Below are positions 37,114 through 46,822 of a stretch of 64,000 bases of DNA, piece by piece. Each line of letters starts with the position of its first letter. The stretch's first letter is position 1. The translations under genes and the position numbers were made by a program. The DNA is from Acidobacteriota bacterium. GTDB lineage: Bacteria; Acidobacteriota; UBA890; WLXD01. Below the pieces are notes generated by a model. It was not told where the DNA came from and searched no databases. It was given only the letters and a program-made list of their open reading frames with translations. Where the stretch lies: the NCBI GenBank assembly GCA_963666055.2, contig CAXWPH010000015.1:928001-992000 (forward strand). Reading direction: 5' to 3'.

Positions 37114-39462
37114 TCAGGCCCTACGGCGTTGCCGGCGCCGGTTGCGCCTCTCTTCGAGGCGCATCTCTTCGATAATCACGAAGAATGCGTCGACCAGATC
37201 CTCGTTCCACTCGGCGCCACGGCCATCGGCGATGATGCCACGCGCGACCTCATGGGTGAACGCCGGGCGGTAGCTGCGGTCCGAGGTCAGCGCGTGCCAT
37301 ACGTCACAGAGCGAGATGATCTGGGAGCCGACCGGAATATCGTTGCCCGCCAGCCCGTGTGGATACCCGGTACCATCCCAGCGTTCGTGGTGATGTAGCA
37401 CTAGGGGGACGACGTCCTTCAGTGCTGGAAGTGGCTTGAGGATCTGCGCGCCGATCTCCGGGTGCTGCTCGATCTGCATGCGCTCACGTGTCGATAGAGC
37501 CCCGGGCTTCTTCAGGATCTCGTCGGGGATCCCGACTTTGCCGATGTCGTGTACAAGCGCACCCACCTCTACAGCGAGTGCATCGCGTTCGGCAAGGTCG
37601 ACCGCCGCGCAGAGTCGGCGGGTCAGGTCGGATACCTCCAACGAATGCATGCGCGTGTAGCTGTCCTTCGACTCCACCGCTTCCATCAGCGCCCGCAACG
37701 ATTGCTGCACGGCGGTGCTGTCGAGCTCCTGCTCCTCGCTGCGGAGCATGTTGTCGAGAACCTGGCGCAGCGCGTTGCCCTCCCCGGGTATCAGCCGCCG
37801 CGCGTTTACAGAGATCATTGCCTGGTACACGCGATCGTCGCTCTCATCGCCGGCCACACCGACGGAGTAGATCTGGCTGCCGCCCTCGCTCTTGGCGACG
37901 TACATAGCGCGATCTGCCGCGTCCATGAAGCGATCGGCCACGTCGCCGTCTTCTGGGAATGTCGCGACGCCGATCGACACCTGTACGGCACACGGGATCT
38001 CTTCAGGCAGGTCCTCGAGCAGGATTAACAGGCGCTCGGAGCGCGCGATGGCGGCCTTCTTGTCGAGCGGCACGAGCGCGAAGAACTCGTCGCCGCCGTA
38101 GCGACAGATCGACTGGGCCATGGGTAATGCCCGCGAGAGCCGCTGGCCGACCTGTCTAATAACCTCGTTACCGATGACGTGCCCGTGGTGATCGTTGATG
38201 GTCTTGAGGTTGTCGATATCGACCATCACGAGCGACAGTGGTTTCGGCCGCTCCTTCTGAGCGTGCTCGACTAACGCCGCGTCGAGCTCCTGGCGGAACG
38301 TGGAGAAGTTCAGAAGTCCCGTGAGTCCGTCCAGGCGCGTCCGCCGTCGCATCTCCTCGACGAGGTCACAACCCTGCAGGTAGCCGGCCACCATCAAGGC
38401 GGCGGCCTTGCAGAAAGTTCTATCCTCCTCTTGCAAGGTGAAGTCCGCACGGGCGTCACGCAGAAAGAAAGCTCCCGCCACAACCTCGTTGTGCATCACT
38501 GGAACCACGAACCAGCTGCGGTACCGGTGTGGTGTCGGAAGATGGCCGCGCACCTTTTCCCAGAGCTTCGAGGGTTCGTTGGGGTGCAACTCCGTGATCT
38601 CACCTGAGGAGAGTGTTTCCTCGAGCTCCGGATAGTGCCGCAGAGCCAGTAGCAGCTGGACGCTCTGTTCCGCGTCCTCGGAACAGGCGGCGAGGTAGGC
38701 GTGTCGGTCTCCTTCATTGAAGATCAGCGTCGAACATCGTTCGGCGCGCACTGTTTCGCGCAGCTTCATGTTCACCGAATGCAGCACGCCTTGCGGGTCG
38801 CCGGATGACAGCGCCAGCTGGCCGATTTCCAGTAGGGCCTTGGCGCGGTCTCGCTCCGACGCCACCTGACGGTAGCGATGCGCCATCTTGGTGTTGGCGT
38901 CGGTGATGCGGTTGTATCGGTGTTGCTCCCGACGTGCCTCGACGGAGATCGTGCCGAAGAACAGGCCAACGCCAAATAGGAACGGCAGGCGGATGAGCAA
39001 ATCAGTTTGCCGCCACAACAGGCTGCCTTGCCCGGCATACATCAAGCCGAAATAGACGCAGCAAACCAGTATGGTGGCGACCACGGTATAGCCGAACTGG
39101 CTGCTGATTCCGGCGATGATCAGCACCAAGAAGAAGAACAGGAAGAAGTCGTTCGTCGACTCACCGGTAAACGCCACCGCGACGGTTACGAGGGTAAGGT
39201 CGGCGAGCGTGATCGGCCAACGCAAGCGCTCCCAACGACCAGAGCGCACCGCAAGGCCGTAGCAAGAAAGGCTGGCCATCAAGGCCGCCACCATGGCGAT
39301 CTGTTGCCACAGTGCCACCGGTTGGCCGTTGCCATAGAGCACCAAATAGGCCGCGCCGATCAGCACGGTGCAGCGCGTCATGACGACGCCAGCCTGCTGG
39401 CCATCTTTGGCCACATCGGACGCTTTCACCGCACGGCCTTCGGTGTCGACACTGTGACTCAA
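37114..39462 (-). CDS. membrane GAF + GGDEF + HD-GYP c-di-GMP signalling protein
   Basis: N-terminal TM helices, DGLTGLLN, RYGGDEF, VHDIGK, HHERWDGTGYP. Confidence 0.92.
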   Translation of the reverse strand: MSHSVDTEGRAVKASDVAKDGQQAGVVMTRCTVLIGAAYLVLYGNGQPVALWQQIAMVAALMASLSCYGLAVRSGRWERLRWPITLADLTLVTVAVAFTGESTNDFFLFFFLVLIIAGISSQFGYTVVATILVCCVYFGLMYAGQGSLLWRQTDLLIRLPFLFGVGLFFGTISVEARREQHRYNRITDANTKMAHRYRQVASERDRAKALLEIGQLALSSGDPQGVLHSVNMKLRETVRAERCSTLIFNEGDRHAYLAACSEDAEQSVQLLLALRHYPELEETLSSGEITELHPNEPSKLWEKVRGHLPTPHRYRSWFVVPVMHNEVVAGAFFLRDARADFTLQEEDRTFCKAAALMVAGYLQGCDLVEEMRRRTRLDGLTGLLNFSTFRQELDAALVEHAQKERPKPLSLVMVDIDNLKTINDHHGHVIGNEVIRQVGQRLSRALPMAQSICRYGGDEFFALVPLDKKAAIARSERLLILLEDLPEEIPCAVQVSIGVATFPEDGDVADRFMDAADRAMYVAKSEGGSQIYSVGVAGDESDDRVYQAMISVNARRLIPGEGNALRQVLDNMLRSEEQELDSTAVQQSLRALMEAVESKDSYTRMHSLEVSDLTRRLCAAVDLAERDALAVEVGALVHDIGKVGIPDEILKKPGALSTRERMQIEQHPEIGAQILKPLPALKDVVPLVLHHHERWDGTGYPHGLAGNDIPVGSQIISLCDVWHALTSDRSYRPAFTHEVARGIIADGRGAEWNEDLVDAFFVIIEEMRLEERRNRRRQRRRA

Positions 39463-39580
39463 AGAAAACCTCTATTAGATATTAAAACATATTATTAATT
39501 ATCTTAGATCGTAATAATGTATTAATAAAACAATATAAGTCAATAATCTTATTTCAAACACGTAATATCATGTTTATGAC
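39463..39580. promoter_or_regulatory. extremely AT-rich divergent intergenic tract
   Basis: Almost pure A/T stretch in a GC-rich genome, upstream of the GGDEF/HD-GYP gene. Confidence 0.55.
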
Positions 39581-39663
39581 CACGTTTGGCCACACGGATG
39601 GGAGCGCCTGCTGTTGGGTAGGCATGTTGCTCGGGCTCCCGGCCGCCGGGGCATCGCCTGCGT

Positions 39664-39732
39664 CAGGCTGCCTTGCATCTGACCCCCAACTCGCCGCAAC
39701 CAGGCCCGCAACACTTCCACCACGGCCTGCTA
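39664..39732 (+). repeat. MITE-like repeat (copy B)
   Basis: About 60 of 69 positions match 24024-24091 by eye. Confidence 0.7.
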
Positions 39733-39859
39733 TGGGATACTTCCGGCTCCTGGAGCTTGTCCACCCCGTCTTCCGCCAGCGACGTGCCGCCCCGATCGAG
39801 TGTCTTGAGTTTGTGCTCTGCCGCCATTGACCGGCTGGGCTGTTCGGCGCCACGAGTGA

Positions 39860-41191
39860 ATGGCTCCCGACAGTAAGGGGCAGACCCCGGCGGACGCGGC
39901 GGGGCGCGAGACCTTCTCGTCCGGCTGGGGAATGGTCTTTGCCCTGCTGGGGGTGTCGATCGGCCTCGGCAACTTCTGGCGCTTCCCTTACATGATGGGC
40001 ATGTTCGGCGGAGGTGCGTTTCTGGCGATCTACCTGCTCATCGTCATCGTTGTGGGTGTTCCGGCGCTGCTCGCCGAGCTCACGCTGGGGCGGGCTACAG
40101 GGCGGGGGCCGGTCGAGGCGTTGGTTCGTGCCGGGATGCCGGCCGGGCAGCAGATCGGGCAGTTGTTGTTCATCGGCGTCGCGATGGCGATGACCTATTA
40201 CCTCGTCGTGCTGGGGTGGTTGCTGGCCTACCTCGTGATGTCATTGGGCTGGGCCGTCGGCTTCAACGAGCTCTCGACCGAGACCTTCGTCGCCCTGCAC
40301 GCCCGATGGCCGGTACAGATGCTGTGTTCGACGCTGGTTGGTGCGGCGGCGGCGGCGGTCGTATCCAGGGGCGTTCGGCAGGGTATCGAGCGCATCAGTA
40401 GCTTTGTCTTGCCGGTGTTTGGTGTGCTCACCCTCGGTCTGGTCGCGTGGTCGCTGTCGCTGCCGGGGGCGGCAGAGGGCTTCCGCTATCTGTTTACCTT
40501 CGACTGGCGGGCGCTTACACCGTTGGCGGTGATGGCCGCGGTTGGGCAGGCGTACTTTTCTCTCGGACTCGGTGGCACGTTCTTGGTGATCTACGGTTCC
40601 TATCTGCCTCCCGACGCGCCGTTGCCCCGGCGAGCGATCACCACCGCGGCAGGTGACGTCGCGGCCAGCATCCTGGCGGCGTTGGTAGTGATACCGGTCG
40701 CGTTCGCTTACGGCCTGTCACCGGCGACCGGTCCGCCGCTGCTCTTCGCCGCCATGCCGGCCGCCTTCGCCGCCATGCCGGCCGGACCCGTCTTCGGCGT
40801 TCTGTTTTTCCTCGGCCTCCTGTGTATCGCCTTCCTGTCCGGTGTAGCCGCGGTCGAAGTGCTGGTTGGGTCATTGGTCGACTCTCGTGGCTGGAGCCGC
40901 GGCCGTTCAGCGTGGGCGATCTCGGCGTTGCTCGTGGTGGCGGGGCTGCCGGCGATGCTGTCGCTCGACTACATCGTCTGGAGCGACCTCTTGTGGGGTT
41001 CGACGATGCAACCGGTGGGCAGCGTAGCCGCCGTCGTGGCCCTGGCCTGGGGACTGGGCTTGCCGGCGGTACGCCGACAGTTGGAACAGTCGGGCTCGGT
41101 GCCGCGGTGGATCAACGCGTGGTTCTTCTGGGTGCGATACGTGGTCCCGGTGGCGGTCCTGTTGACGCTATTCTCTGGCTGGCTGGGTTAG
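39860..41191 (+). CDS. sodium-dependent transporter (NSS/SNF family)
   Basis: IGLGNFWRFPY, GGGAF, GIER, GQAYFSLGLG, YGSY. Confidence 0.93.
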   Translation: MAPDSKGQTPADAAGRETFSSGWGMVFALLGVSIGLGNFWRFPYMMGMFGGGAFLAIYLLIVIVVGVPALLAELTLGRATGRGPVEALVRAGMPAGQQIGQLLFIGVAMAMTYYLVVLGWLLAYLVMSLGWAVGFNELSTETFVALHARWPVQMLCSTLVGAAAAAVVSRGVRQGIERISSFVLPVFGVLTLGLVAWSLSLPGAAEGFRYLFTFDWRALTPLAVMAAVGQAYFSLGLGGTFLVIYGSYLPPDAPLPRRAITTAAGDVAASILAALVVIPVAFAYGLSPATGPPLLFAAMPAAFAAMPAGPVFGVLFFLGLLCIAFLSGVAAVEVLVGSLVDSRGWSRGRSAWAISALLVVAGLPAMLSLDYIVWSDLLWGSTMQPVGSVAAVVALAWGLGLPAVRRQLEQSGSVPRWINAWFFWVRYVVPVAVLLTLFSGWLG

Positions 41192-41197
41192 TGTCCT

Positions 41198-41782
41198 GTG
41201 CACGTACTGGTTCTTGATAACTACGATTCCTTCACCTGGAACCTGGTGCAGATGATGTCCGCGCAGGGGGCCGAATGCACCGTGTACCGGTCAGACGCCG
41301 TCACGCTCGATGAAGTCGAGGCCTTGCAGCCGGACCGCATCGTGTTATCACCGGGTCCTTTCGGCCCGGACCGGACCGGCGTCTGTCCCGAGGTGGTCGC
41401 CGGCCTGTCTAGGCGAGTGCCCACCCTCGGCGTATGCCTGGGAATGCAGGTCATCGCGGTCGCGGCGGGCGCTCGGGTGAAGGCCTCGGGCCTACCGATG
41501 CACGGTAAGAGACGTCTGGTTCGCCATCGCGGCGCCGGGGTGCTACGCGGGCTGCCAAGCCCGTTGCTAGTGGGCCTCTACCACTCGCTGGTGGTTGATC
41601 CGAGCAGCGTCGGTCACGGCTTGGAGGTTACGGCGACCAGTGACTGCGGGGGCATCATCATGGGATGCCGGATGGTTGATCGGCCGGCCGAGGGCGTGCT
41701 CTTTCACCCCGAGTCGTTCCTAACCGACGCGGGCGATCGCATGCTCGCGAACTTCCTGGACGGGGCGGGTGTGGTCGGATAG
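41198..41782 (+). CDS. pabA: aminodeoxychorismate/anthranilate synthase component II (glutamine amidotransferase)
   Basis: DNYDSFTWNL, SPGP, GVCLG, YHSL, FHPES. Confidence 0.88.
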   Translation: MHVLVLDNYDSFTWNLVQMMSAQGAECTVYRSDAVTLDEVEALQPDRIVLSPGPFGPDRTGVCPEVVAGLSRRVPTLGVCLGMQVIAVAAGARVKASGLPMHGKRRLVRHRGAGVLRGLPSPLLVGLYHSLVVDPSSVGHGLEVTATSDCGGIIMGCRMVDRPAEGVLFHPESFLTDAGDRMLANFLDGAGVVG

Positions 41783-43181
41783 GCCCGACGCCGAGGCGCT
41801 GGCCGCGACGCGATCGATGTTGGTGGATCGCTTGCCGGTATTGCAACACCGCGGCACGGTGGAGAGCGTTGCGCTGCGCACCGAGTGTTCGGCGGCCCGC
41901 ATCGCCGATGCGTTGCATGATGAGCCGGGGTTCGTATGGCTCGACGGAGCCGGGGCGGGGCGTACCCTGTTGGCGATCGAACCGGTGGCGGTCCTGTCGG
42001 CGCAGGGCTCTTCGACGACGTTGCACTATGACGCCGAAAAAGCATGTCTGCCAGCCGACGCGTTCGGCGCTGTCGAAGCGTTGCTCAGCGTGCTTTCGAC
42101 GGGAACGCGCCTGTTCGGCTTCCTCGGTTACGAGCTCGCTGCGCTCCTGGAGGAGCTGCCGACTGTCCCGGGTGCGGATGCGGCAGTGCCGGACCTGTAC
42201 CTGGGCATTTATACCACCTGGCTCGAGGGGTGCGGCGAACAATGGCGCCTGATCGGTCAGGCTGTCGGTGGACGAATGGAGAGGCTGCAGGCGCGGGTCG
42301 AGGAGTGTCTCCGCGAGGTCACCGAGGTCGACAGCCGGGAGGGTGCGCCCGCGGCCCCGGCGAGCGTGTCGAGCGAGCCCGATGGGCCGGGCTTCGAAGC
42401 GGCCGTGCGGCGCACGTTGGAGCGGATTCGTGCCGGCGAGATCTTCGAGACCAACCTGTGCCGTCGTTTCGCGGCCCCGTGGTCGCTAGAGGACGCTTGG
42501 GCGCTGTACGGGCGGCTTCGAGCCGCCAGTCCGGCGGAGTACGGCGCCTACCTGCAGCTCCCCGACGCTGCGGTGCTGTCGATCAGCCCCGAGTGTTTTC
42601 TCAAGCTACGTGGCCGGGCGGTAGAGAGCCATCCCATCAAAGGTACGCGACCACGCGGTGATCCGAGCCAGGACGCTGCCGTGATCGCCACTCTGCAAGA
42701 CAGCGAGAAGGATGCCGCTGAGCTGGCCATGATCGTCGATCTGGTACGCAACGACCTGGGCCGAGTAAGCGTGCCGGGTAGCGTTGTCGTGCATGATTTC
42801 GCTGCTCCGATGGTGCTCCCCACCGTGATTCACATGGTGGCTCGTGTGGCGGCTCGGCTGCGACCTGACATCGGGCCCACAGACCTGCTACGGGCGACGT
42901 TCCCGCCCGGCTCGATTACCGGTGCCCCGAAGATTCAGGCGATGAAGGTATCGGCTGCCGAGGAGCCGAGTCGCCGCGGGCCGGCTATGGGGGCGATCGG
43001 GTGGATCGACGCCGACGGAGACATGGAACTTTCGGTGGCAATCCGCACCGCGGTCGTGACTGCAGATCGCGTCGATTACCATGCCGGCGCCGGCATCGTG
43101 GCGGACTCCGATCCACGGGCCGAGCGCGAGGAGACGATGGCGAAGGCGCAGGCTTTTCTACAGGCGTTGGGAGTTGGTTGA
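41769..43181 (+). CDS. pabB: aminodeoxychorismate synthase component I
   Basis: SPE.F, PIKGTRPR, MIVDLVRNDL, FPPGSITGAPK; flanked by pabA- and pabC-like genes. Confidence 0.85.
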   Translation: MWSDRPDAEALAATRSMLVDRLPVLQHRGTVESVALRTECSAARIADALHDEPGFVWLDGAGAGRTLLAIEPVAVLSAQGSSTTLHYDAEKACLPADAFGAVEALLSVLSTGTRLFGFLGYELAALLEELPTVPGADAAVPDLYLGIYTTWLEGCGEQWRLIGQAVGGRMERLQARVEECLREVTEVDSREGAPAAPASVSSEPDGPGFEAAVRRTLERIRAGEIFETNLCRRFAAPWSLEDAWALYGRLRAASPAEYGAYLQLPDAAVLSISPECFLKLRGRAVESHPIKGTRPRGDPSQDAAVIATLQDSEKDAAELAMIVDLVRNDLGRVSVPGSVVVHDFAAPMVLPTVIHMVARVAARLRPDIGPTDLLRATFPPGSITGAPKIQAMKVSAAEEPSRRGPAMGAIGWIDADGDMELSVAIRTAVVTADRVDYHAGAGIVADSDPRAEREETMAKAQAFLQALGVG

Positions 43182-43995
43182 GCTTCGCACCTATCTCAAC
43201 GGTGCGCTGATCGTCGGCGCGCCGGCTCGCATCGAGTGCGACGACGCCGGTTTCCTGGTTGGCGACGGCCTCTTCGAGACGTTACGCGTCGATGGCCGCC
43301 AACCACTAGATGCTGAGGCACACCTGGACCGCTTGTTCGATGGCCTCGAGCGAATTCGGCTGTCGATTCCCGAGAGTCGCGATGAGCTGCGCGCTGCCAT
43401 CGACGCGGTGGCGGCGGCGGCGCCGCAGCCAGTTGCGCGGCTGCGAGTCACCGTGACGCGGGGTAGTCCCGATCTCGGTCCCACCCGGTTGGCGACGGCT
43501 GCCTCCTATTCTCCGCCGGCCGCCGCCGCATACGATGCAGGAGTGGCAGTGGTGGTGGTTCGGGAGCTTACGGTGGACGAACGGGACCCGCTTCGGCAGG
43601 TGAAGTCGATCTCGTCGCAGCGTCAGTCGATGGCGCTTGCGATGGCATCCGAACAGGGCGCGTTCGAGGCGATCCTGATCAATCGGCAAGGTCGAGTAGC
43701 TGAGGGAAGCAGGAGCAACGTGATCGCCCGAGTGGGGGGCCGCGTGCTGACGCCACCGCTCGACGAAGGCTGCCTGCCGGGTACCGTCCGACGACGCTTG
43801 CTCGAGAGCGGCTTGGTCGTCGAGGGTCGTTTGTCGGAAGCCGACTTGGTCGAAGCCGACGAGGTGACGCTGGCGAATAGCCTCATCGGAGCGATACCGG
43901 TAGGTGCCGTAGGACGACGGCAGCGCCCGGTCGGCGGCCTCGCCGAGCAACTCCGCGCCGTGCTGTCGGATTCCGGGTGGTCGGCGATCGAATGA
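43174..43995 (+). CDS. pabC: class IV aminotransferase / 4-amino-4-deoxychorismate lyase
   Basis: GDGLFETLR, HLDRL, EGSRSN, TPPL..GCLPGTVR; TTG start overlapping pabB. Confidence 0.8.
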   Translation: MVELRTYLNGALIVGAPARIECDDAGFLVGDGLFETLRVDGRQPLDAEAHLDRLFDGLERIRLSIPESRDELRAAIDAVAAAAPQPVARLRVTVTRGSPDLGPTRLATAASYSPPAAAAYDAGVAVVVVRELTVDERDPLRQVKSISSQRQSMALAMASEQGAFEAILINRQGRVAEGSRSNVIARVGGRVLTPPLDEGCLPGTVRRRLLESGLVVEGRLSEADLVEADEVTLANSLIGAIPVGAVGRRQRPVGGLAEQLRAVLSDSGWSAIE

Positions 43996-46160
43996 TGCGC
44001 TCGCTCGGGGTGCTCGCGCTGGTGGCCGTTTCCATGGGTGCAGGCTCCGGCGACCTTCAGCAGGCCGGTGCAGGAGGCCAAGCGGACGGCGGCGACGTCG
44101 GCTGGCCGCCCCCGTTGCCGGCAGCGGTGGAAGCAGCGGCGCTGATCCTCGAGTCCGAGGACCGACGCTATGCTGCCGAAGGCCTCCTCGACCTGGCAGC
44201 ATCGCCGGATGTCGCGATGCGATCGCGGGCGGCTCTGGCTATTGGCCGGGTCGGTTCGCCACGCTTGCTGTCGCGCCTGATCGAGCTCACCCGCGATCCT
44301 GCAACAGTGGTTCGCGCTGCCGCCGCCTTCGCTCTCGGACGCCTGGAGTATGACCTCGCCGTGGACACGGAGGATGCTGAGCGTACACGCGCTCGTGACG
44401 CTCTACTGCGGTTGCTGGATGAGCCGGTCAGCTTGGTCGCCGAACAAGCTGCGTGGGCGCTGGGCATCGTCGACGGTGGTTCCGCGACAGCGGTGGCCGA
44501 CTGGTTACATCGCGCCGGCAACAGCACGTCGGAGACCCGCCCGAATCCGGCGGTGCTGGCGGCAATGCTCAACAGCTGGTGGCGCCTGGCCGGGGCTGAC
44601 GCGAATGCCATGCGGCCCTTCACGGGCTGGCCGGTCGCCGCCGTCCGTCTGGCGGCCGCGCACGCTCTCCGCCGCCTCACCGATCCCAACGCGATGCCGC
44701 AGTTGATGTCGCTGATCGATGACCCCGACACCGAGGTGCGCTTGATGGCAGTGCGCGGGCTGCACGGCGCTCCACAGCGTGTGGCGGAGTCCAACGCCGT
44801 CCGCTTGCTGGACACGCGTGACCGCCGCTTGCAGTGTGAAGCTCTGGCCTGGTTGGAAACGACCTGGGAGGTCGAGGGCAGCGCCCCCGGCGACGATGCG
44901 TTCGTGGCAGTCTTGCGACGCTCGCTCGATCGGGACCTGCACGTTCGCAGCTGTGCCCTGCGCGCCCTGGGGGTAACGATATTGAGCCGAGGCGTTGCTT
45001 CCGATCGTTTGCTCGAGGCATTGAATGAGGGAGAGGAGAGTGTTCGACTGGCGGCGATGCAAGCTCTGGTACGGGCCTCCGGCAAGCTCCTCGAGGAGGC
45101 GGTTTCCCGAACCCGCCGCCGGGTTGGAATTGAGGACGCAACCGACGCCGATGCGGCGGTGCTCGAATACCTCGATGAGTTTCGGCTCGAAGCAGTCTGG
45201 TTCGCGCGTGCCCTGTCGCGTTCGGACGACCATGCGGATCAGTCGCTCGCTGCGGCCCTGCTGCAATCCGGCCCGCAGCCAGTGCGCGCGGCGCTCTTGG
45301 CCGAGCTCGAGGATCGAGCCCCGGAGGAGGCCTATCAGCTGGCGTTCAACTTGGTTGACGGAGACCTCGAGGAGGAAGCGCTCGACCTGATCGCCCGCCA
45401 CCACAAGGCGGCCTTTTTCCACGACGATCCGGAGCTGCAGGCGGAGATGGCCGGTCGGTTGTGGCGCCGCTACTTCGATCAGCGCGGCTCGGAGAGTCGC
45501 GGGCCGCGGCTGGCTGCGCTGCGTGCCCTGTCAGCGGTATGGCGGGAGTTGTTGCTGCGGCGTCTTTCGCTCATTCGCGATGAGCCTGATCGTTTCGTTC
45601 GACTCGCGGCCCTCGACGACCTAGGTCGTGGCTCCGAGACGCAGAGCGTGCGGCGGGACATCGAGGCGCTGCTGGCACCGCATGCTACCGGTCGCGACCG
45701 CGGCATCTACGTCGAGTTGGCGGAACGTGTGCTCAGGTTGCAGTCGCAGGATACCCGACTGCGCCTTCAGACCGACCGCGGCGAGGTGGTGATTGAACTG
45801 CGTCCGGACTGGGCTCCGCTGAGTGTCGTCCAGCTGATCGACTTGACGGTGGCCGGGTTCTTCGACGGCAGTCGGTTTCATCGAGTGATCGCGGGGTTCG
45901 TGACGCAAGGTGGCGCCTCGCCCGAGGGAGTGCTGGCGCCGGCGCTACGCAACGAAGACTCGCCCATTGGGTACGTGCGTGGCAGCGTCGGGCTGGCGCA
46001 CACAGGCCGAGATAGCGCACGCTCGCAGTTCTTCGTCACGCATTCCGCGCAGCCCCACCTGACCGGCGAGTTCTCGATGATCGGCCGAGTGGTCGATGGG
46101 CAGCGCGCGATCGAGCTCACTCAGCCCGGTGATCGAATGTGGGTCGCGCTCGACGAGTGA
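43992..46160 (+). CDS. HEAT-repeat protein with C-terminal cyclophilin-like domain
   Basis: Multiple VR.AAA.ALG HEAT repeats; FFDGSRFHRVI, QGG, SQFFVTH. Confidence 0.85.
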   Translation: MMRSLGVLALVAVSMGAGSGDLQQAGAGGQADGGDVGWPPPLPAAVEAAALILESEDRRYAAEGLLDLAASPDVAMRSRAALAIGRVGSPRLLSRLIELTRDPATVVRAAAAFALGRLEYDLAVDTEDAERTRARDALLRLLDEPVSLVAEQAAWALGIVDGGSATAVADWLHRAGNSTSETRPNPAVLAAMLNSWWRLAGADANAMRPFTGWPVAAVRLAAAHALRRLTDPNAMPQLMSLIDDPDTEVRLMAVRGLHGAPQRVAESNAVRLLDTRDRRLQCEALAWLETTWEVEGSAPGDDAFVAVLRRSLDRDLHVRSCALRALGVTILSRGVASDRLLEALNEGEESVRLAAMQALVRASGKLLEEAVSRTRRRVGIEDATDADAAVLEYLDEFRLEAVWFARALSRSDDHADQSLAAALLQSGPQPVRAALLAELEDRAPEEAYQLAFNLVDGDLEEEALDLIARHHKAAFFHDDPELQAEMAGRLWRRYFDQRGSESRGPRLAALRALSAVWRELLLRRLSLIRDEPDRFVRLAALDDLGRGSETQSVRRDIEALLAPHATGRDRGIYVELAERVLRLQSQDTRLRLQTDRGEVVIELRPDWAPLSVVQLIDLTVAGFFDGSRFHRVIAGFVTQGGASPEGVLAPALRNEDSPIGYVRGSVGLAHTGRDSARSQFFVTHSAQPHLTGEFSMIGRVVDGQRAIELTQPGDRMWVALDE

Positions 46161-46167
46161 TGGAGAC

Positions 46168-46809
46168 ATGGGGGGCATGATCCTCGACCCGGTGACGACG
46201 CTCACCGACTATTTGCTCGCGGTGCTCGCGGCATGGTTGGGGGCGCGGCTGCTGAAGCGATCGTCTGGGTCGCGGGCGCGGACATTGTTCGCCACCAGCT
46301 TCTGGAGCATCGGGCTCGCCGCGTTCGCGGGAGGCACTTGGCACGGATTCGGATCGTATCTCGGAGATGGAGCCAGCATCTTTCTTTGGAAGATCACTGT
46401 CCTGGCCATCGGCGCCACCGTGTTCCTGTTTCTGGCCGCCAGCGCCTATGCGTCGTTGCGGGCCCGGGCGCGGCGGATTCTGCTGATGATGGCAATCGTC
46501 CAGCTCGTCGCGTACGCGGCCTGGATGGTGCGGCACGATGCCTTCATCTGGGTCATTGCCAACTACCTTCCTCAGATAGCCGCCGTGATGGTGCTACAGC
46601 TGGTTCAGATGTACCGCGGCGCGGCAGGAGCTGGGTGGCTGGTCGTGGGGCTCCTGGTGACCCTGGCCGCCGCTGCGATACAGGCTAGCGGCGTTGCCCT
46701 GCACCGGCATTTTAATCACAACGACCTGTACCATGTGGTTCAAATGGCGGGCATGGTGCTGCTGTATCGCGGTGCCTTGCTGATCCGTGACTACGATGGC
46801 TCACCGTAG
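46168..46809 (+). CDS. uncharacterised multi-pass membrane protein (DUF6962-like)
   Basis: TLTDY, GGTWHG, FNHNDLYH; about 7 TM segments. Confidence 0.65.
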   Translation: MGGMILDPVTTLTDYLLAVLAAWLGARLLKRSSGSRARTLFATSFWSIGLAAFAGGTWHGFGSYLGDGASIFLWKITVLAIGATVFLFLAASAYASLRARARRILLMMAIVQLVAYAAWMVRHDAFIWVIANYLPQIAAVMVLQLVQMYRGAAGAGWLVVGLLVTLAAAAIQASGVALHRHFNHNDLYHVVQMAGMVLLYRGALLIRDYDGSP

Positions 46810-46822
46810 ACTTGGGCGTAGG

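Noticed and set aside
39463-39580. oriC or dif site in the AT-rich tract
   Set aside because: No DnaA boxes (TTATCCACA) seen and no convincing XerC/XerD arms
39590-39860. Riboswitch or small ORFs upstream of the NSS transporter
   Set aside because: No known aptamer motif recognised; part of the region is explained by the MITE-like repeat; the ORFs lack coding features
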